A DNA stretch of 33,408 bases from Methylococcaceae bacterium UBA659. GTDB taxonomy: Bacteria > Pseudomonadota > Gammaproteobacteria > Methylococcales > Methylomonadaceae. The notes beneath the pieces were generated by a model that saw only the letters and a program-made list of their open reading frames with translations, ran no database searches and was not told the origin of the DNA. This document shows positions 17,933 through 27,977 of this stretch, piece by piece. The DNA lies in assembly GCA_002299495.1 (NCBI GenBank), contig DBNZ01000001.1, positions 11,219 through 44,626 on the forward strand, in the 5' to 3' direction. The position numbers and the translations under genes were made by a program. Numbering within the stretch: position 1 is the stretch's first letter; the number at the start of each line of letters is the position of its first letter.

Positions 17933-19894
17933 TCAGTTTTGTTTAACCGTAAAATCATTGACCAGCTGGCTTAATCTTTTTAAGCCTTCCATTTTTGGCT
18001 GTCTGCCATAACGCAATCCCACAAAGATTTTGGTGATTTCCTCAATTTGTCCTGATTTTTGATGTAGCTGCAAACCGGCTCGTTTGGCGAAATCCCGCTC
18101 CCCTTCGCTCCCCCCTCTCACCAATCCGCAAGTGGCGAGCTTTCCGCAGAATGTTTGATAAACCCGCAACGCCTTATCGTTTTGCCTTTGTTTTGGCCAA
18201 AGTATCGCTGCTGCAACCAAAGCTGTCGCCACCCCGACGCTGAGCAGAAGCCATTGCAACATTTCCGTTAAATTGCCAATACCCCAGGCGGAAAGGAAGG
18301 CGCCTTGGTTTTTGTGGTTGTAATTAATGACCCAACGTTGCCAACTATAATCGACGTTACCCCAAAGTTGGCGGGCGTTGACCAACCAATTGGCTCTAAC
18401 CGAATCGCCATCCGGACTAAAACTAATCGCGCCTTCCGGCAACACGTTGTCAATGTTAATCGGTTGCTCGACCCGTTCCGGGGCGATAGCGGCCGTAGGG
18501 TCAACCCGTACCCATCCGCGCCGGGGCATCCATACTTCGGCCCAAGCATGGGCATCGGCCTGCCTGATCTCTAAAAACCCACCCATTTGATTCAGTTTGC
18601 CGCCCTGGTAGCCCGTCACCACGCGCGCGGGAATGCCGGCCACCCGCATCATATAAACAAAAGCCGCCGCATAATGGCTGCAAAACCCATAACGGGTTTT
18701 GAATAAAAAAGTCTCCAGGGGATGGGTTTCACCCAGTAACGGAGGCGTCAAACTGTAATAAAAATTTTCCTGGCGAAAATGCCTAAGCACATTGCCTATA
18801 AAAATTTGGGCTGGTTCGTCAAAACCGTGTAACGCCTTGACCAATTCTGCAATTTTCTCTGACCGGTCGGAAGGTAATTGCACATTTTGCCTCATTTCCG
18901 TTTGGCTAATATCGCCAGTGACATAATCGGGGAATGACACCAGCTCATACTCGGCATGTTTATGGGGATTTTCCCTTGACAACAAACGATAATCTGCCGT
19001 CTGTCTCAGCTGCTGGGGAAATTCACTAGGCAACTCCAGCGCATAAACCCAATTTTTGGCCTGTGGCTCCATCAACAAATGATAGCGGTAGGCTTGACCC
19101 TTAAATTGCGGGCGACTGCTAGGCCCTGCGAGTATGTCACCATCAATTTGAGTCCAACGTTTCCCATCGGTATAAGCCAACACTGGGCCGCGCCAATAGC
19201 GTTGGCCGGCCGGCGGCATTAGGCCTTCGAATTTCACCCGGAAAGCAATTTCATAAGACAAGCCCAGCTCACTGATTGAACCCGGCTCCATGCTGTCGCC
19301 CAGCCCCGATTTAGCCGTGTGAGACTCTTTAAACCAAGCCCAACGGGGAGGATCAAAGCGCGGAAACAACAAAAATAAGGCGATGGCGATGGGCAGCGCT
19401 TGCATCAATAACATAGCGGCTGTTTTGATGGCTGGCCAAGGCGATCGAAATTGGCCGTTAATCATCACCAAGGTCGCCAACAGCAAGCAGCTTACGGCAA
19501 ACGTATAACCCCCCATGAACACACTTTGTGCGTATAAGAACTGGGAAGCGGCGACAATAAATGCCAAAAAAGTGACCAAATAAAAATCCCTTTTGCCATT
19601 GAGTTCCATCAGCTTAAGGCCTAAAGCCACCAAGAACAAACGGGTTCCGGCATCCCTGCCAAAAATGCCCTGATGCAACCCATAAAGCAAAACGACGCCG
19701 ATGACCATTAACAGCAATAACGCTAACCGGTTAGGCAGGAGCGTCGGCTTCCAGATGCCGACCAGCCGCCAACCCAAAAGCACATAAAAAAAGGCCATGA
19801 CGGTGGCGGGTAAGTAATTGAAGTGTGGAAGAGCCATCAATCCCAACGCAGCGAACAATAGGAATAAGGCGGGGCGGTTGATTAAGTTTGGCAT
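17933..19894 (-). CDS. tgpA: TgpA-like membrane transglutaminase-domain protein (DUF3488 + transglutaminase core + DUF4129-like tail)
   Basis: Multiple N-terminal TM segments, LKLME, YWRGPVL, and a catalytic triad in GFCSHYA / HAWAEVW / RVDPT. ATG at 19894 preferred over TTG at 19939. Confidence 0.9.
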   Translation of the reverse strand: MPNLINRPALFLLFAALGLMALPHFNYLPATVMAFFYVLLGWRLVGIWKPTLLPNRLALLLLMVIGVVLLYGLHQGIFGRDAGTRLFLVALGLKLMELNGKRDFYLVTFLAFIVAASQFLYAQSVFMGGYTFAVSCLLLATLVMINGQFRSPWPAIKTAAMLLMQALPIAIALFLLFPRFDPPRWAWFKESHTAKSGLGDSMEPGSISELGLSYEIAFRVKFEGLMPPAGQRYWRGPVLAYTDGKRWTQIDGDILAGPSSRPQFKGQAYRYHLLMEPQAKNWVYALELPSEFPQQLRQTADYRLLSRENPHKHAEYELVSFPDYVTGDISQTEMRQNVQLPSDRSEKIAELVKALHGFDEPAQIFIGNVLRHFRQENFYYSLTPPLLGETHPLETFLFKTRYGFCSHYAAAFVYMMRVAGIPARVVTGYQGGKLNQMGGFLEIRQADAHAWAEVWMPRRGWVRVDPTAAIAPERVEQPINIDNVLPEGAISFSPDGDSVRANWLVNARQLWGNVDYSWQRWVINYNHKNQGAFLSAWGIGNLTEMLQWLLLSVGVATALVAAAILWPKQRQNDKALRVYQTFCGKLATCGLVRGGSEGERDFAKRAGLQLHQKSGQIEEITKIFVGLRYGRQPKMEGLKRLSQLVNDFTVKQN

Positions 19895-20035
19895 CAATAA
19901 TGATTCGGGTAGTCCTGTAAGATTGAGGAAGTTTAGCAAAACCCAGTCACTTTACGGCATAAGGCGATTCCAGTAGACTTTCGATCAATACCAACCATTC
20001 CCACATTTTAAAAATCCTCCCGTAAATTAACGCTT

Positions 20036-21700
20036 ATGTCTGCAAACGAAAATCCTGTGGTACCCACCAACTTTATCCACCATATCATCGACAGCGATCT
20101 CAAGGCCAACAAAAACAACGGCAAAGTCGCCACCCGTTTTCCGCCTGAACCCAATGGTTACCTCCATATCGGTCACGCCAAATCCATCTGCCTTAATTTT
20201 GGTTTGGCGGCCAAGTATCAAGGCCGCTGTCACTTGCGTTTCGACGACACCAATCCTGAAAAGGAAAGCGATGAGTATGTGCAAGCCATCATGCGCGATG
20301 TCGAATGGCTGGGTTTTAAGTGGCATGAATTACACCACGCCTCCGATTACTTCGGACAACTTTATGATTACGCCGTGCAATTGATCAAAGACGGCAAGGC
20401 TTATGTGGACAGTTCCACCCCGGAACAAATCCGCGCCAACCGGGGGACTTTGACCGAACCCGGCAAGCCAAGCCCAGACCGCAGCCGTAGCATTGCAGAA
20501 AATTTGGATTTATTCCAGCGTATGCGGGCGGGGGAATTTGCCGATGGCCAGTATGTTTTGCGCGCCAAAATCGACATGGCCTCACCGAACATCAACATGC
20601 GGGACCCGACCATTTACCGCATCCGCCGCGTCCACCACCAACGCACGGGGGATGCATGGTGCATCTACCCGATGTACGACTACACCCATTGCCTGTCCGA
20701 CGCCATCGAAGGCATTACCCACTCGATCTGCACGTTGGAGTTTGAAGACCACAGACCGCTTTACGACTGGGTGCTGCATGAGCTGGACACGCCGTGCCAT
20801 CCCCAGCAAATCGAATTTGCCCGCCTGCAACTGGAATACACCATCGTCAGCAAGCGTAAACTAAACCAATTGGTCACCGCAAAACATGTCGGCGGCTGGG
20901 ACGACCCTAGGATGCCAACCATTGCCGGTATGCGCCGCGCCGGAGTGCCCGCCGCCGCCATCCGTGATTTTTGCGAACGCATTGGCGTCACCAAAAAAGA
21001 TGCGTGGATTGAAGCGGGAGTCTTGGAAAACTGCATCCGAGAAGACTTAAACCAAAACGCCTTACGAGCAATGGCCGTCTTGCAGCCGCTACGAGTGGTC
21101 ATCGAAAGCTATCCAGAAGCTCAAACCGAATGGCTGGAAGTTAGTAACCACCCGCAACGTCCGGAATTGGGCAAGCGCAAACTCCCGTTTACAAGAGTAG
21201 TGCTGATAGAGCAGGATGATTTCGCGGAAAACCCCCCGCCAAAATACAAACGTCTTGTACCTGGCGGTGAAATCCGTCTGCGTGGCGCTTATGTCATCAA
21301 GTGCCATGCAGCGGTCAAGGATGCCGATGGCCGCATCATAGAACTGCGTTGCAGCCACGACCCAAACACGTTGGGCAAAAACCCGGAAGGCCGCAAAGTA
21401 AAAGGCGTTATCCACTGGGTTAGCGAATCGAATTCCTTGCCCGCCGAAATCCGCCTTTATGACCGCTTGTTCCGCCTGCCCTACCCGGACAACGAAAAAA
21501 ACTTTCTTGCTGCGCTCAACCTCGATTCCTTGACCATCCTGGAACATGGCCGGGTTGAAGCCAGCCTGGCCGGGGTGGCCCCGGAAAGCTGCCGCCAATT
21601 TGAACGGACAGGCTATTTCTGCGTTGATAAGGACAGCACCGACACCAAAATGGTATTCAACCGGACGGTCACGTTAAGAGAGGATTGGGTAAAAGAATAA
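20036..21700 (+). CDS. glnS: Glutamine--tRNA ligase
   Basis: [57 protein letters not shown] and FNRTVTLR. Confidence 0.98.
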   Translation: MSANENPVVPTNFIHHIIDSDLKANKNNGKVATRFPPEPNGYLHIGHAKSICLNFGLAAKYQGRCHLRFDDTNPEKESDEYVQAIMRDVEWLGFKWHELHHASDYFGQLYDYAVQLIKDGKAYVDSSTPEQIRANRGTLTEPGKPSPDRSRSIAENLDLFQRMRAGEFADGQYVLRAKIDMASPNINMRDPTIYRIRRVHHQRTGDAWCIYPMYDYTHCLSDAIEGITHSICTLEFEDHRPLYDWVLHELDTPCHPQQIEFARLQLEYTIVSKRKLNQLVTAKHVGGWDDPRMPTIAGMRRAGVPAAAIRDFCERIGVTKKDAWIEAGVLENCIREDLNQNALRAMAVLQPLRVVIESYPEAQTEWLEVSNHPQRPELGKRKLPFTRVVLIEQDDFAENPPPKYKRLVPGGEIRLRGAYVIKCHAAVKDADGRIIELRCSHDPNTLGKNPEGRKVKGVIHWVSESNSLPAEIRLYDRLFRLPYPDNEKNFLAALNLDSLTILEHGRVEASLAGVAPESCRQFERTGYFCVDKDSTDTKMVFNRTVTLREDWVKE

Positions 21701-21814
21701 GGCGAGTTTCTCGTAGGGTTAGGGCGCTGCCGGCCTAGGCCAAACCGATGGGCGCAGGAAGCGGTCACCGAGCCGCCTTGACGCGCACTGTCCAAACGCT
21801 CGAACGAAAAATAC

Positions 21815-21828
21815 ACTCAAATTTGAGT
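21815..21828. promoter_or_regulatory. Perfect 14-bp palindrome ACTCAAATTTGAGT (candidate operator or weak hairpin)
   Basis: Read directly. It lies between glnS and the acyltransferase and is followed by a T-run. Confidence 0.3.
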
Positions 21829-21910
21829 TTTTTTACCGCACCCAAGCGAAAATCTTTGTGCAAAATAAGCTTAATTTGACGTTAAGATAGCCCTTAATCT
21901 CATGGATGGG

Positions 21911-21950
21911 TTTAGTTTTCAGTTTTCAGTTTTTAGTTTTCAGTTTTTAG
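21911..21950 (+). repeat. Heptamer tandem repeat (TTTTYAG)x5 plus a partial unit
   Basis: TTTAG TTTTCAG TTTTCAG TTTTTAG TTTTCAG TTTTTAG read directly. Confidence 0.9.
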
Positions 21951-22043
21951 CAAAATCAACGCCAACCTTAACTTGCCCAGTTTTGCGATGGGATGTTTCT
22001 GCAAATTCATGTCATAAGCAAGCAACCTACTTCTTAAATCCCC

Positions 22044-22802
22044 ATGAATGCAAACAGTAAAACCATAAACGAAGCCTTTAAAGAGTATTTTGAAATGATG
22101 CCGGCCACCACGGCGGAATTGAAAAGCGAGGTTTTTAAGCTGCGTTACCAGGTCTATTGCCTTGAAATTCATGGCTATGATCCTAGTATCTTCCCTGATG
22201 GGATGGAATATGATGAATTTGACCCGCATTCTGCCCATTATTTAATCCGGCATCGTAAAACTAACGGCTTTGCCGCAACTACGCGATTAATTTTGCCGGA
22301 TCAACGAAACCCTTCCGCGTCGTTCCCGCTTGAGCAGCATTGTGTCATTGATCAAAAAGAGCTGCTTCAAACTATCGATAGGCGGCGCTTAGCAGAGGTT
22401 TCCCGTTTTTGCGTATCGAAAGCGTTTAAGAAGCGTAGAAATAAGTCGGGTACTTTAGATGCCGTTGGCTCTGACTGGAACGAATATGAGTTCACCCAAA
22501 CCGAACGGCGTACCTTCCCTCACATCGCGTTGGCATTATTTGCCTGTTTGATAAAGACCAGTCATGAACATGATATCCACTATTGGTGCGCCTCTATGGA
22601 GCCGGCATTTCTACGTTTTATTGCGATGTTTGGTGTCTACCCCGTCAAGATAGGCCCTGTTTCCGACTACCACGGTGACCGCTTTCCTTGCATCATTAAA
22701 GTGGATGAGATGCTGGATAGCGTTGCGGATAAAAATGAGCAAGTTTGGGAAATGTTTACCGATGAAGGGCGTTTTTGGGAAACAACAGCAGCGGCGGTTT
22801 GA
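22044..22802 (+). CDS. PEP-CTERM/exosortase-system-associated acyltransferase (FeeM/N-acyl amino acid synthase-like GNAT)
   Basis: VFKLRYQVYCLE, E-x-DEFDPHSAHYLIRH, TTRLILP, AEVSRFCVSKAFKKR, ASMEP and IGPVSDYHGDRFP. Confidence 0.8.
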   Translation: MNANSKTINEAFKEYFEMMPATTAELKSEVFKLRYQVYCLEIHGYDPSIFPDGMEYDEFDPHSAHYLIRHRKTNGFAATTRLILPDQRNPSASFPLEQHCVIDQKELLQTIDRRRLAEVSRFCVSKAFKKRRNKSGTLDAVGSDWNEYEFTQTERRTFPHIALALFACLIKTSHEHDIHYWCASMEPAFLRFIAMFGVYPVKIGPVSDYHGDRFPCIIKVDEMLDSVADKNEQVWEMFTDEGRFWETTAAAV

Positions 22803-22853
22803 TGCTTTCCAGTGGGTCAATCGGGCCAGGGTTAACGGCTCCCAATATCCCTA

Positions 22854-24986
22854 TTAAAAATTGACAGACGCCTCAAAGTAAAAGCTTCTTCCGGCCCGCG
22901 GTAGGTTTTCGGGTAACTGTATGGCCATGGGATCCTCAGCGTTGGCGTCAAAAATGTTCCGTAGGGAAGCTGAAAAATTCAGGTGCCCTAACAGTTTTTT
23001 GCCGCGTAAGGTCAAGTCCACCGTTCCATAATCGGCCAATGGCCGGTGGTCACCTGCAATCCGGGTGCGGCCGCCTATCCAGTTTAGCTGTGGTTGCAAC
23101 TGCCACCGCGGTAAAAAATACCAGGTTAACGCGGTGTAGAGATTGTGCTCGGGTACGCCGGTCACGCGCTGATCCGTGGCATTATTAAGCGCATTTTGCC
23201 AGGCATAGTTGCCTGCCAAATTCCAGTGTTCATGCCAGCGCCAATTCCATTCGAATTCCGTCCCGTACCCGTCTTGGTCACCGCTATTTTGAAACGTGCT
23301 GGTTGATTGGCCGGCATCGCGCATAGGTAAAATCAAGTCTTTGATTTGGTAGTAATAGATATTAAATGCGGTTCTTACCGTGTGGGTCGGACGATAGTCA
23401 AACGCCCATTCATAGGTGTTGATGGTTTCAGGATTGAGGTTTCTGTTACCGATCAATACCGGGTTGTGTTGATTGCCTTGCTCAGAAAAATTGGGCGCCC
23501 TAAACGCCCGCCCATACAACAGCTTGGTGGTCATCTGGTCATTGGCATCCCAAACCAGGGCGGCCCTAGGGTTTACGGTTCCGCCAAAATCGGAATAGTC
23601 ATCGTAGCGGACGCCGGCCGTGAGCAGCCAATCCTTGGCAAAATTCCATTCGTCTTGCACAACCGCTGACCAGACCGTGCGATGGGTGTCGGGTAAATAA
23701 ACATAAGGGGTATTGGTTACGTCGGTCAAGTCACCTTCCACTACGGGGTTGCTGCCGTCTATAACGCCAGGGCCAAAATTCTTTTGTTCACTAGCCGTCA
23801 GCCCCTCATAACGAAATCCGGCGCTGATGTGTAACAGGTGATTATTAAAACCGGCATAGTTTGCAATTAAATCTAATGATGGAATATTCTGAACCCGGCC
23901 TAAACTGGCGTTAACGCCTTCAGGAAAAGAGACAAGTTTGAAATCCCCTCCAGTTTGAATATTACCATCGGAACCAATCGGCAATACCGCATTATCTGGG
24001 AAAGCCTGGAATTGAGCCTGGACTCTTGTGTGCAAGTAACTGGTATGTACTGACAATTTCCAGTTATCCAGTAAATCCTCAGTGGAGTAACGGGCGTCAC
24101 CTAAATAAACCTCATTACCGACCCTCCCTTTTGGATCCAAAGCCCCGGCGGCACCGGCACGGGTTCCGGCATCCATTAGATTAAATGCCCAAAACCCCAA
24201 ATCCCAATGTTTGCGTTGCAGATTCAGGTGGCCGTTCAAGGTTTCAAAATGGGTGTTTAATGGTCCTGGGGCCAAAGAAGCTTGGCTGCCTAACGCGCGG
24301 TCGAAGATTGTTTGGGTATCGGCTTGCACGGTGCGGTCAGGGTCACCGGCGGTATGCTGATACTGCAAGCTGGCGGCGACATCAAAGCCCCGCCATTGGG
24401 AGCCGTGTTGAGCCCAGGTGCTGGCGGTTTCCCACAGACCCGCCCGTACCCCAACCTGGGTGCCGTCAATATCCTTGGCTTTCTTGGTGATCACATTGAT
24501 GACCCCGGCGAAGGCGTCGGCACCATACAGGGCGGAGCCTGGGCCACGGATGACCTCCACCCGCTCAATGGCCTCAACCGGAAACTCTAAACCCGTGGTC
24601 AAGGCACCGCGGAACGGCTCCGTGATGCGGGTTCCGTTCAAGAGGAACAATACTTGCGAATTGGTCTTGTTGCTGATGCCCCGGAAGATGTATTTGTAAT
24701 CATAAGTGCTGCTTTGCAGGCCGACATGCAAGCCCGGCACCGTTTCTAAGACCTCGTGCAGCTCGGTCGCACCCATCGCCTTGATTTGCTCTGCGGTGAT
24801 CACGCTGGTGACCCCCGCGGATTGGGACACCGGTTTGGGTGTGCCGGTGGCGATGGTGACCGGAATGGCGGCCAATTCAGCCGGGGACAGGGAAAAAAAA
24901 TCCTCGACGTCTTCACCGGCATAGGCAAACCCATAAAGCATGAACACGAAGCAACCAGCCAGGAATTTTATGAAGATGGCTTTCAT
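22854..24986 (-). CDS. TonB-dependent receptor (YfiR-associated type)
   Basis: Signal peptide, FFSLSPAELAAIPVTIATG, plug motif IERVEVIRGPGSALYGADAFAGVINVITK, LTAGVRYDDYSDFG, RNIFD and a terminal Phe. Confidence 0.93.
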   Translation of the reverse strand: MKAIFIKFLAGCFVFMLYGFAYAGEDVEDFFSLSPAELAAIPVTIATGTPKPVSQSAGVTSVITAEQIKAMGATELHEVLETVPGLHVGLQSSTYDYKYIFRGISNKTNSQVLFLLNGTRITEPFRGALTTGLEFPVEAIERVEVIRGPGSALYGADAFAGVINVITKKAKDIDGTQVGVRAGLWETASTWAQHGSQWRGFDVAASLQYQHTAGDPDRTVQADTQTIFDRALGSQASLAPGPLNTHFETLNGHLNLQRKHWDLGFWAFNLMDAGTRAGAAGALDPKGRVGNEVYLGDARYSTEDLLDNWKLSVHTSYLHTRVQAQFQAFPDNAVLPIGSDGNIQTGGDFKLVSFPEGVNASLGRVQNIPSLDLIANYAGFNNHLLHISAGFRYEGLTASEQKNFGPGVIDGSNPVVEGDLTDVTNTPYVYLPDTHRTVWSAVVQDEWNFAKDWLLTAGVRYDDYSDFGGTVNPRAALVWDANDQMTTKLLYGRAFRAPNFSEQGNQHNPVLIGNRNLNPETINTYEWAFDYRPTHTVRTAFNIYYYQIKDLILPMRDAGQSTSTFQNSGDQDGYGTEFEWNWRWHEHWNLAGNYAWQNALNNATDQRVTGVPEHNLYTALTWYFLPRWQLQPQLNWIGGRTRIAGDHRPLADYGTVDLTLRGKKLLGHLNFSASLRNIFDANAEDPMAIQLPENLPRAGRSFYFEASVNF

Positions 24987-24993
24987 AAGCGCA

Positions 24994-27387
24994 TCACTTG
25001 GGGATGGGGCGGGTAAACTCGGCTAGCGGCGCTGGTTTGCCCAGATAATACCCTTGGGCATAATCAATGCCCAACTGACCCAATAGCACAAGGGTCTCTT
25101 TATTTTCAACGAATTCAGCAATGGTTTTTTTGCCCATGATGTGCCCTACCTCATTGATGGACTTGACCATTGCCAAGTCCACGGGGTCTTCGAGCATGTC
25201 CTTGACAAATAAGCCGTCGATTTTTAAGAAATCGACCGGCAAGTTCTTAAGATAAGCAAAGGAAGACAGGCCGCTGCCAAAATCGTCCAAGGAAAATGAA
25301 CACCCTTTGTTTCTTAATTCATTGATGAATTTGGTGGCATGGGACAAATTGGCGATGACCGCCGTCTCGGTTATTTCAAAACAAATTTTTTCGCTGGGAA
25401 TTTGCCAATGCTGAAATTGCTGGGCGATAAAATTCAGCATGGTTTCGTCGGATAATGACAAACCCGACAAATTGACCGAGCATAAAGACACCCGCCTAAG
25501 GAAATCTGGCTGCTCGGCTAACCACGAGAACAATTGGCCGATCACCCAGCGATCCAGCGCCGGGGCCAAGTTGTAACGTTCCGCCGCTGGTAAAAACGCG
25601 CCCGGCGGGACAATGGCGTTTTTATTGTCCCGATAACGGATTAACACCTCCAAATGCAAGCCCGTTTCAGATAAGGCAATGGGTTTGATTAACTGGGCAT
25701 ACAAGCAAAATTGATTTTGCTCCAGACCTTGGTGGATTTTCGCGACCCATTGCATCTCCCCATGCCTTAACGCCAAATCCTCATCATCTGGGCGGAACAC
25801 ATGGACCCGGTTGCGCCCTTTTTCTTTCGCGGCATAACAAGCGGCGTCGGCTTCTTTCAACAGATTGACCGCGGTGCCGCTGACATTGTTAATAACCGAA
25901 ATGCCAATGCTAACGCCGACCGCAAATTGCCGGTTTTCCCAAGCAAAGCGGAAATCACTTAAGATATCCCGCAGTTTTTCACAAGCGCAGACCGCATCTT
26001 TGACATTACAGTCGTACATCAAGATACCGAATTCATCCCCGCCTAACCGGGCTATAAAATCGTGCCTTCGGATGTGTTTTTTTAACAAATCGGCTATTTG
26101 CCTGAGCATCTCATCGCCTGCCAAATGCCCGCAGGTATCGTTGACAATCTTAAATTGGTCCAAATCCAAATAACAAAACACATGTTCAGACTCATCGGCA
26201 TGCGCCATGGCCACGGCTTCTTTCAAGGTACGGTCGAATGCGCTGCGGTTTGCAAGCCCCGTCAAGGCGTCATGGCTGGCTTGATAGGCGATTTGTTCAC
26301 TGAGTTCATGGGTTTCTGTGACATCCTCGCAGACCAGCAGTATGCTTAATTGCTGATATTCGTTTTCGGCCAACCGCGCCGCCGCCCTTGCCCAAATGAT
26401 GCGCCCGTTATAGCAGATTTGCCGCATTTCTTGTTTCAGCACCGCAAGCGGGCTGGCCAAACAATCTGCAACCATATTTCTGGCCAGGGGCACATCGTTG
26501 GGATGGATGAGGTCAAAAATCGTGCATTCCTGCAAGGCGTCCACACTTAAGCCCAGATGTTTGGCGCCGGTTTTGTTTACCGACAGGATTTCCCCTGTGG
26601 TGGAGAGGTTAAAAACCATGGTGGGATTATCATCAAACAAAGCCAAATATCGGTTTTTCGCCCGGATCAGCGCCTGGTTTTGGGCTTGCACGGTGGCGAT
26701 CAAGTCATTGAAGGCGTCAACTAAGACGCCCAGCTCGTCGTTATGGACCTTGACTGCCCGCAATGCGTAATCCCGGGTGCTGATAATGATCTTGACGGTA
26801 TCGACCAATTGTTTCACGGGTGACGAAATAAGCCGAATTAAGGGCGGCGAAATAAAAAAGGCAATAATGGATACCGCAGTCAACACCAAGAACATCAAGG
26901 CGATAAACTCAAGTTTTTGCCAATAGGCGACACTGAAATCCGCAAAAATTAACACCGCGCCCACACGGTCTTGCTGGTCTTCAATGACCTTCACAACCGT
27001 TAGGACATGGCCCAAAAAACTGTTTTTCTGGGAATCCAGCCGCTTAGGACATGCCCATGCGGGATCCATTTCCGGTGGTTTCAATTGGGCAAAGACCCTG
27101 CCCTTAGAATCATAGAGGCAGGCATTTTTGACGGCGGATTGCAGGGTCAGGACGCTTAGGTTTTCCTTGGCCAAGTCCGTGTCATGGAACATTAAGGCGG
27201 CGCTGCTGCGGTTGCCTATGATGGTCGCGAGACGGACCAATTCCGCCTCGGCATTTTTCCTGAATTCGCCGATTTCAAGCGCGAACAAAATCACCCCGGC
27301 AACCGATAAAGCCATCACGCCGGGCACTATAACGGCAAATAATAGCTTGTTTTTAATGGACAAGTTTCGTATGAAACCTAGGTTCAT
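24994..27387 (-). CDS. Membrane sensor diguanylate cyclase/phosphodiesterase (CHASE8-like periplasmic, HAMP, PAS, GGDEF, EAL)
   Basis: Two TM helices, HAMP DELGVLVDAFN, a PAS domain, HDALTGLANR, RRHD I-site, GGDEF, EVL, FEITE, LDDFGSG and AQGY. Confidence 0.93.
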   Translation of the reverse strand: MNLGFIRNLSIKNKLLFAVIVPGVMALSVAGVILFALEIGEFRKNAEAELVRLATIIGNRSSAALMFHDTDLAKENLSVLTLQSAVKNACLYDSKGRVFAQLKPPEMDPAWACPKRLDSQKNSFLGHVLTVVKVIEDQQDRVGAVLIFADFSVAYWQKLEFIALMFLVLTAVSIIAFFISPPLIRLISSPVKQLVDTVKIIISTRDYALRAVKVHNDELGVLVDAFNDLIATVQAQNQALIRAKNRYLALFDDNPTMVFNLSTTGEILSVNKTGAKHLGLSVDALQECTIFDLIHPNDVPLARNMVADCLASPLAVLKQEMRQICYNGRIIWARAAARLAENEYQQLSILLVCEDVTETHELSEQIAYQASHDALTGLANRSAFDRTLKEAVAMAHADESEHVFCYLDLDQFKIVNDTCGHLAGDEMLRQIADLLKKHIRRHDFIARLGGDEFGILMYDCNVKDAVCACEKLRDILSDFRFAWENRQFAVGVSIGISVINNVSGTAVNLLKEADAACYAAKEKGRNRVHVFRPDDEDLALRHGEMQWVAKIHQGLEQNQFCLYAQLIKPIALSETGLHLEVLIRYRDNKNAIVPPGAFLPAAERYNLAPALDRWVIGQLFSWLAEQPDFLRRVSLCSVNLSGLSLSDETMLNFIAQQFQHWQIPSEKICFEITETAVIANLSHATKFINELRNKGCSFSLDDFGSGLSSFAYLKNLPVDFLKIDGLFVKDMLEDPVDLAMVKSINEVGHIMGKKTIAEFVENKETLVLLGQLGIDYAQGYYLGKPAPLAEFTRPIPK

Positions 27388-27956
27388 GGGGTTTTCTCCG
27401 AAAAAATTTCGGCGACTTCAAGTAGCTTTGCACTGACTTTCAGCTGGCTTTTCTTGACTGCGGCCAAATTGACCAACAACTTAATCCTGCCGCCTTGCTG
27501 AATGAATTCAATCATGCCCCCGGCCTTGGCAAAATTGGCCTGTTCACCGACAGTCAGGCTCGACTCGGCAGAAACCAACGGCGGCCTTGATTCTGAAGAA
27601 AAAATGATATGGCAGGACACCTGCGGGTTGGTGCTGGAATTATCCACTTTTGGCAACCGGTACACTTTGATGGGCCGGGTTGACACCGTGCGTTTTTGGA
27701 TAGGGTCGATCAAACGGGCGAAAGGATCCTTGCCTACGATGCACAGGTTAAAAGTTGGGGATGGGTCGGGAGGCCACGTGACAAATTTGGTGAAATTGTA
27801 GAGATAAGCCGCTTTTATTTTGTATTCATTCGACTCATCGTCGGCCACTACTTGAAGCGGCAATACCCAGCAAACTAAGCCGAAAACCATGCAGATACGG
27901 GCTGGCCAGCCGTTAAATGGGGGCGACTGTTTGCTTGGGCAAGGAAAAAAATACAC
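27384..27956 (-). CDS. yfiR: YfiR family periplasmic protein
   Basis: EYKIKAAYLYNFTKFVTWP, LCIVGKDPF, CHIIF, GGMIEF and VSAKLLEVA. ATGA overlap with the downstream cyclase. The start may be downstream (ATG 27890). Confidence 0.9.
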   Translation of the reverse strand: MYFFPCPSKQSPPFNGWPARICMVFGLVCWVLPLQVVADDESNEYKIKAAYLYNFTKFVTWPPDPSPTFNLCIVGKDPFARLIDPIQKRTVSTRPIKVYRLPKVDNSSTNPQVSCHIIFSSESRPPLVSAESSLTVGEQANFAKAGGMIEFIQQGGRIKLLVNLAAVKKSQLKVSAKLLEVAEIFSEKTP

Positions 27957-27977
27957 GCTTATTGTTTCTGCTCCGGG

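Noticed and set aside
21712..21746. CGTAGGG...GGCCTAGGCC after glnS as a REP or terminator
   Set aside because: The palindrome is short, has no U-tract, and no matching second copy is visible.
20027..21816. Multiple antisense or alternate-frame ORFs over glnS (likewise over zwf, gnd, recC and the TonB receptor gene)
   Set aside because: Typical shadow ORFs of conserved genes with no independent support.
22044..22802. LuxI-type AHL synthase (quorum sensing)
   Set aside because: The motifs fit the PEP-CTERM/FeeM acyltransferase family better, and there is no adjacent luxR.
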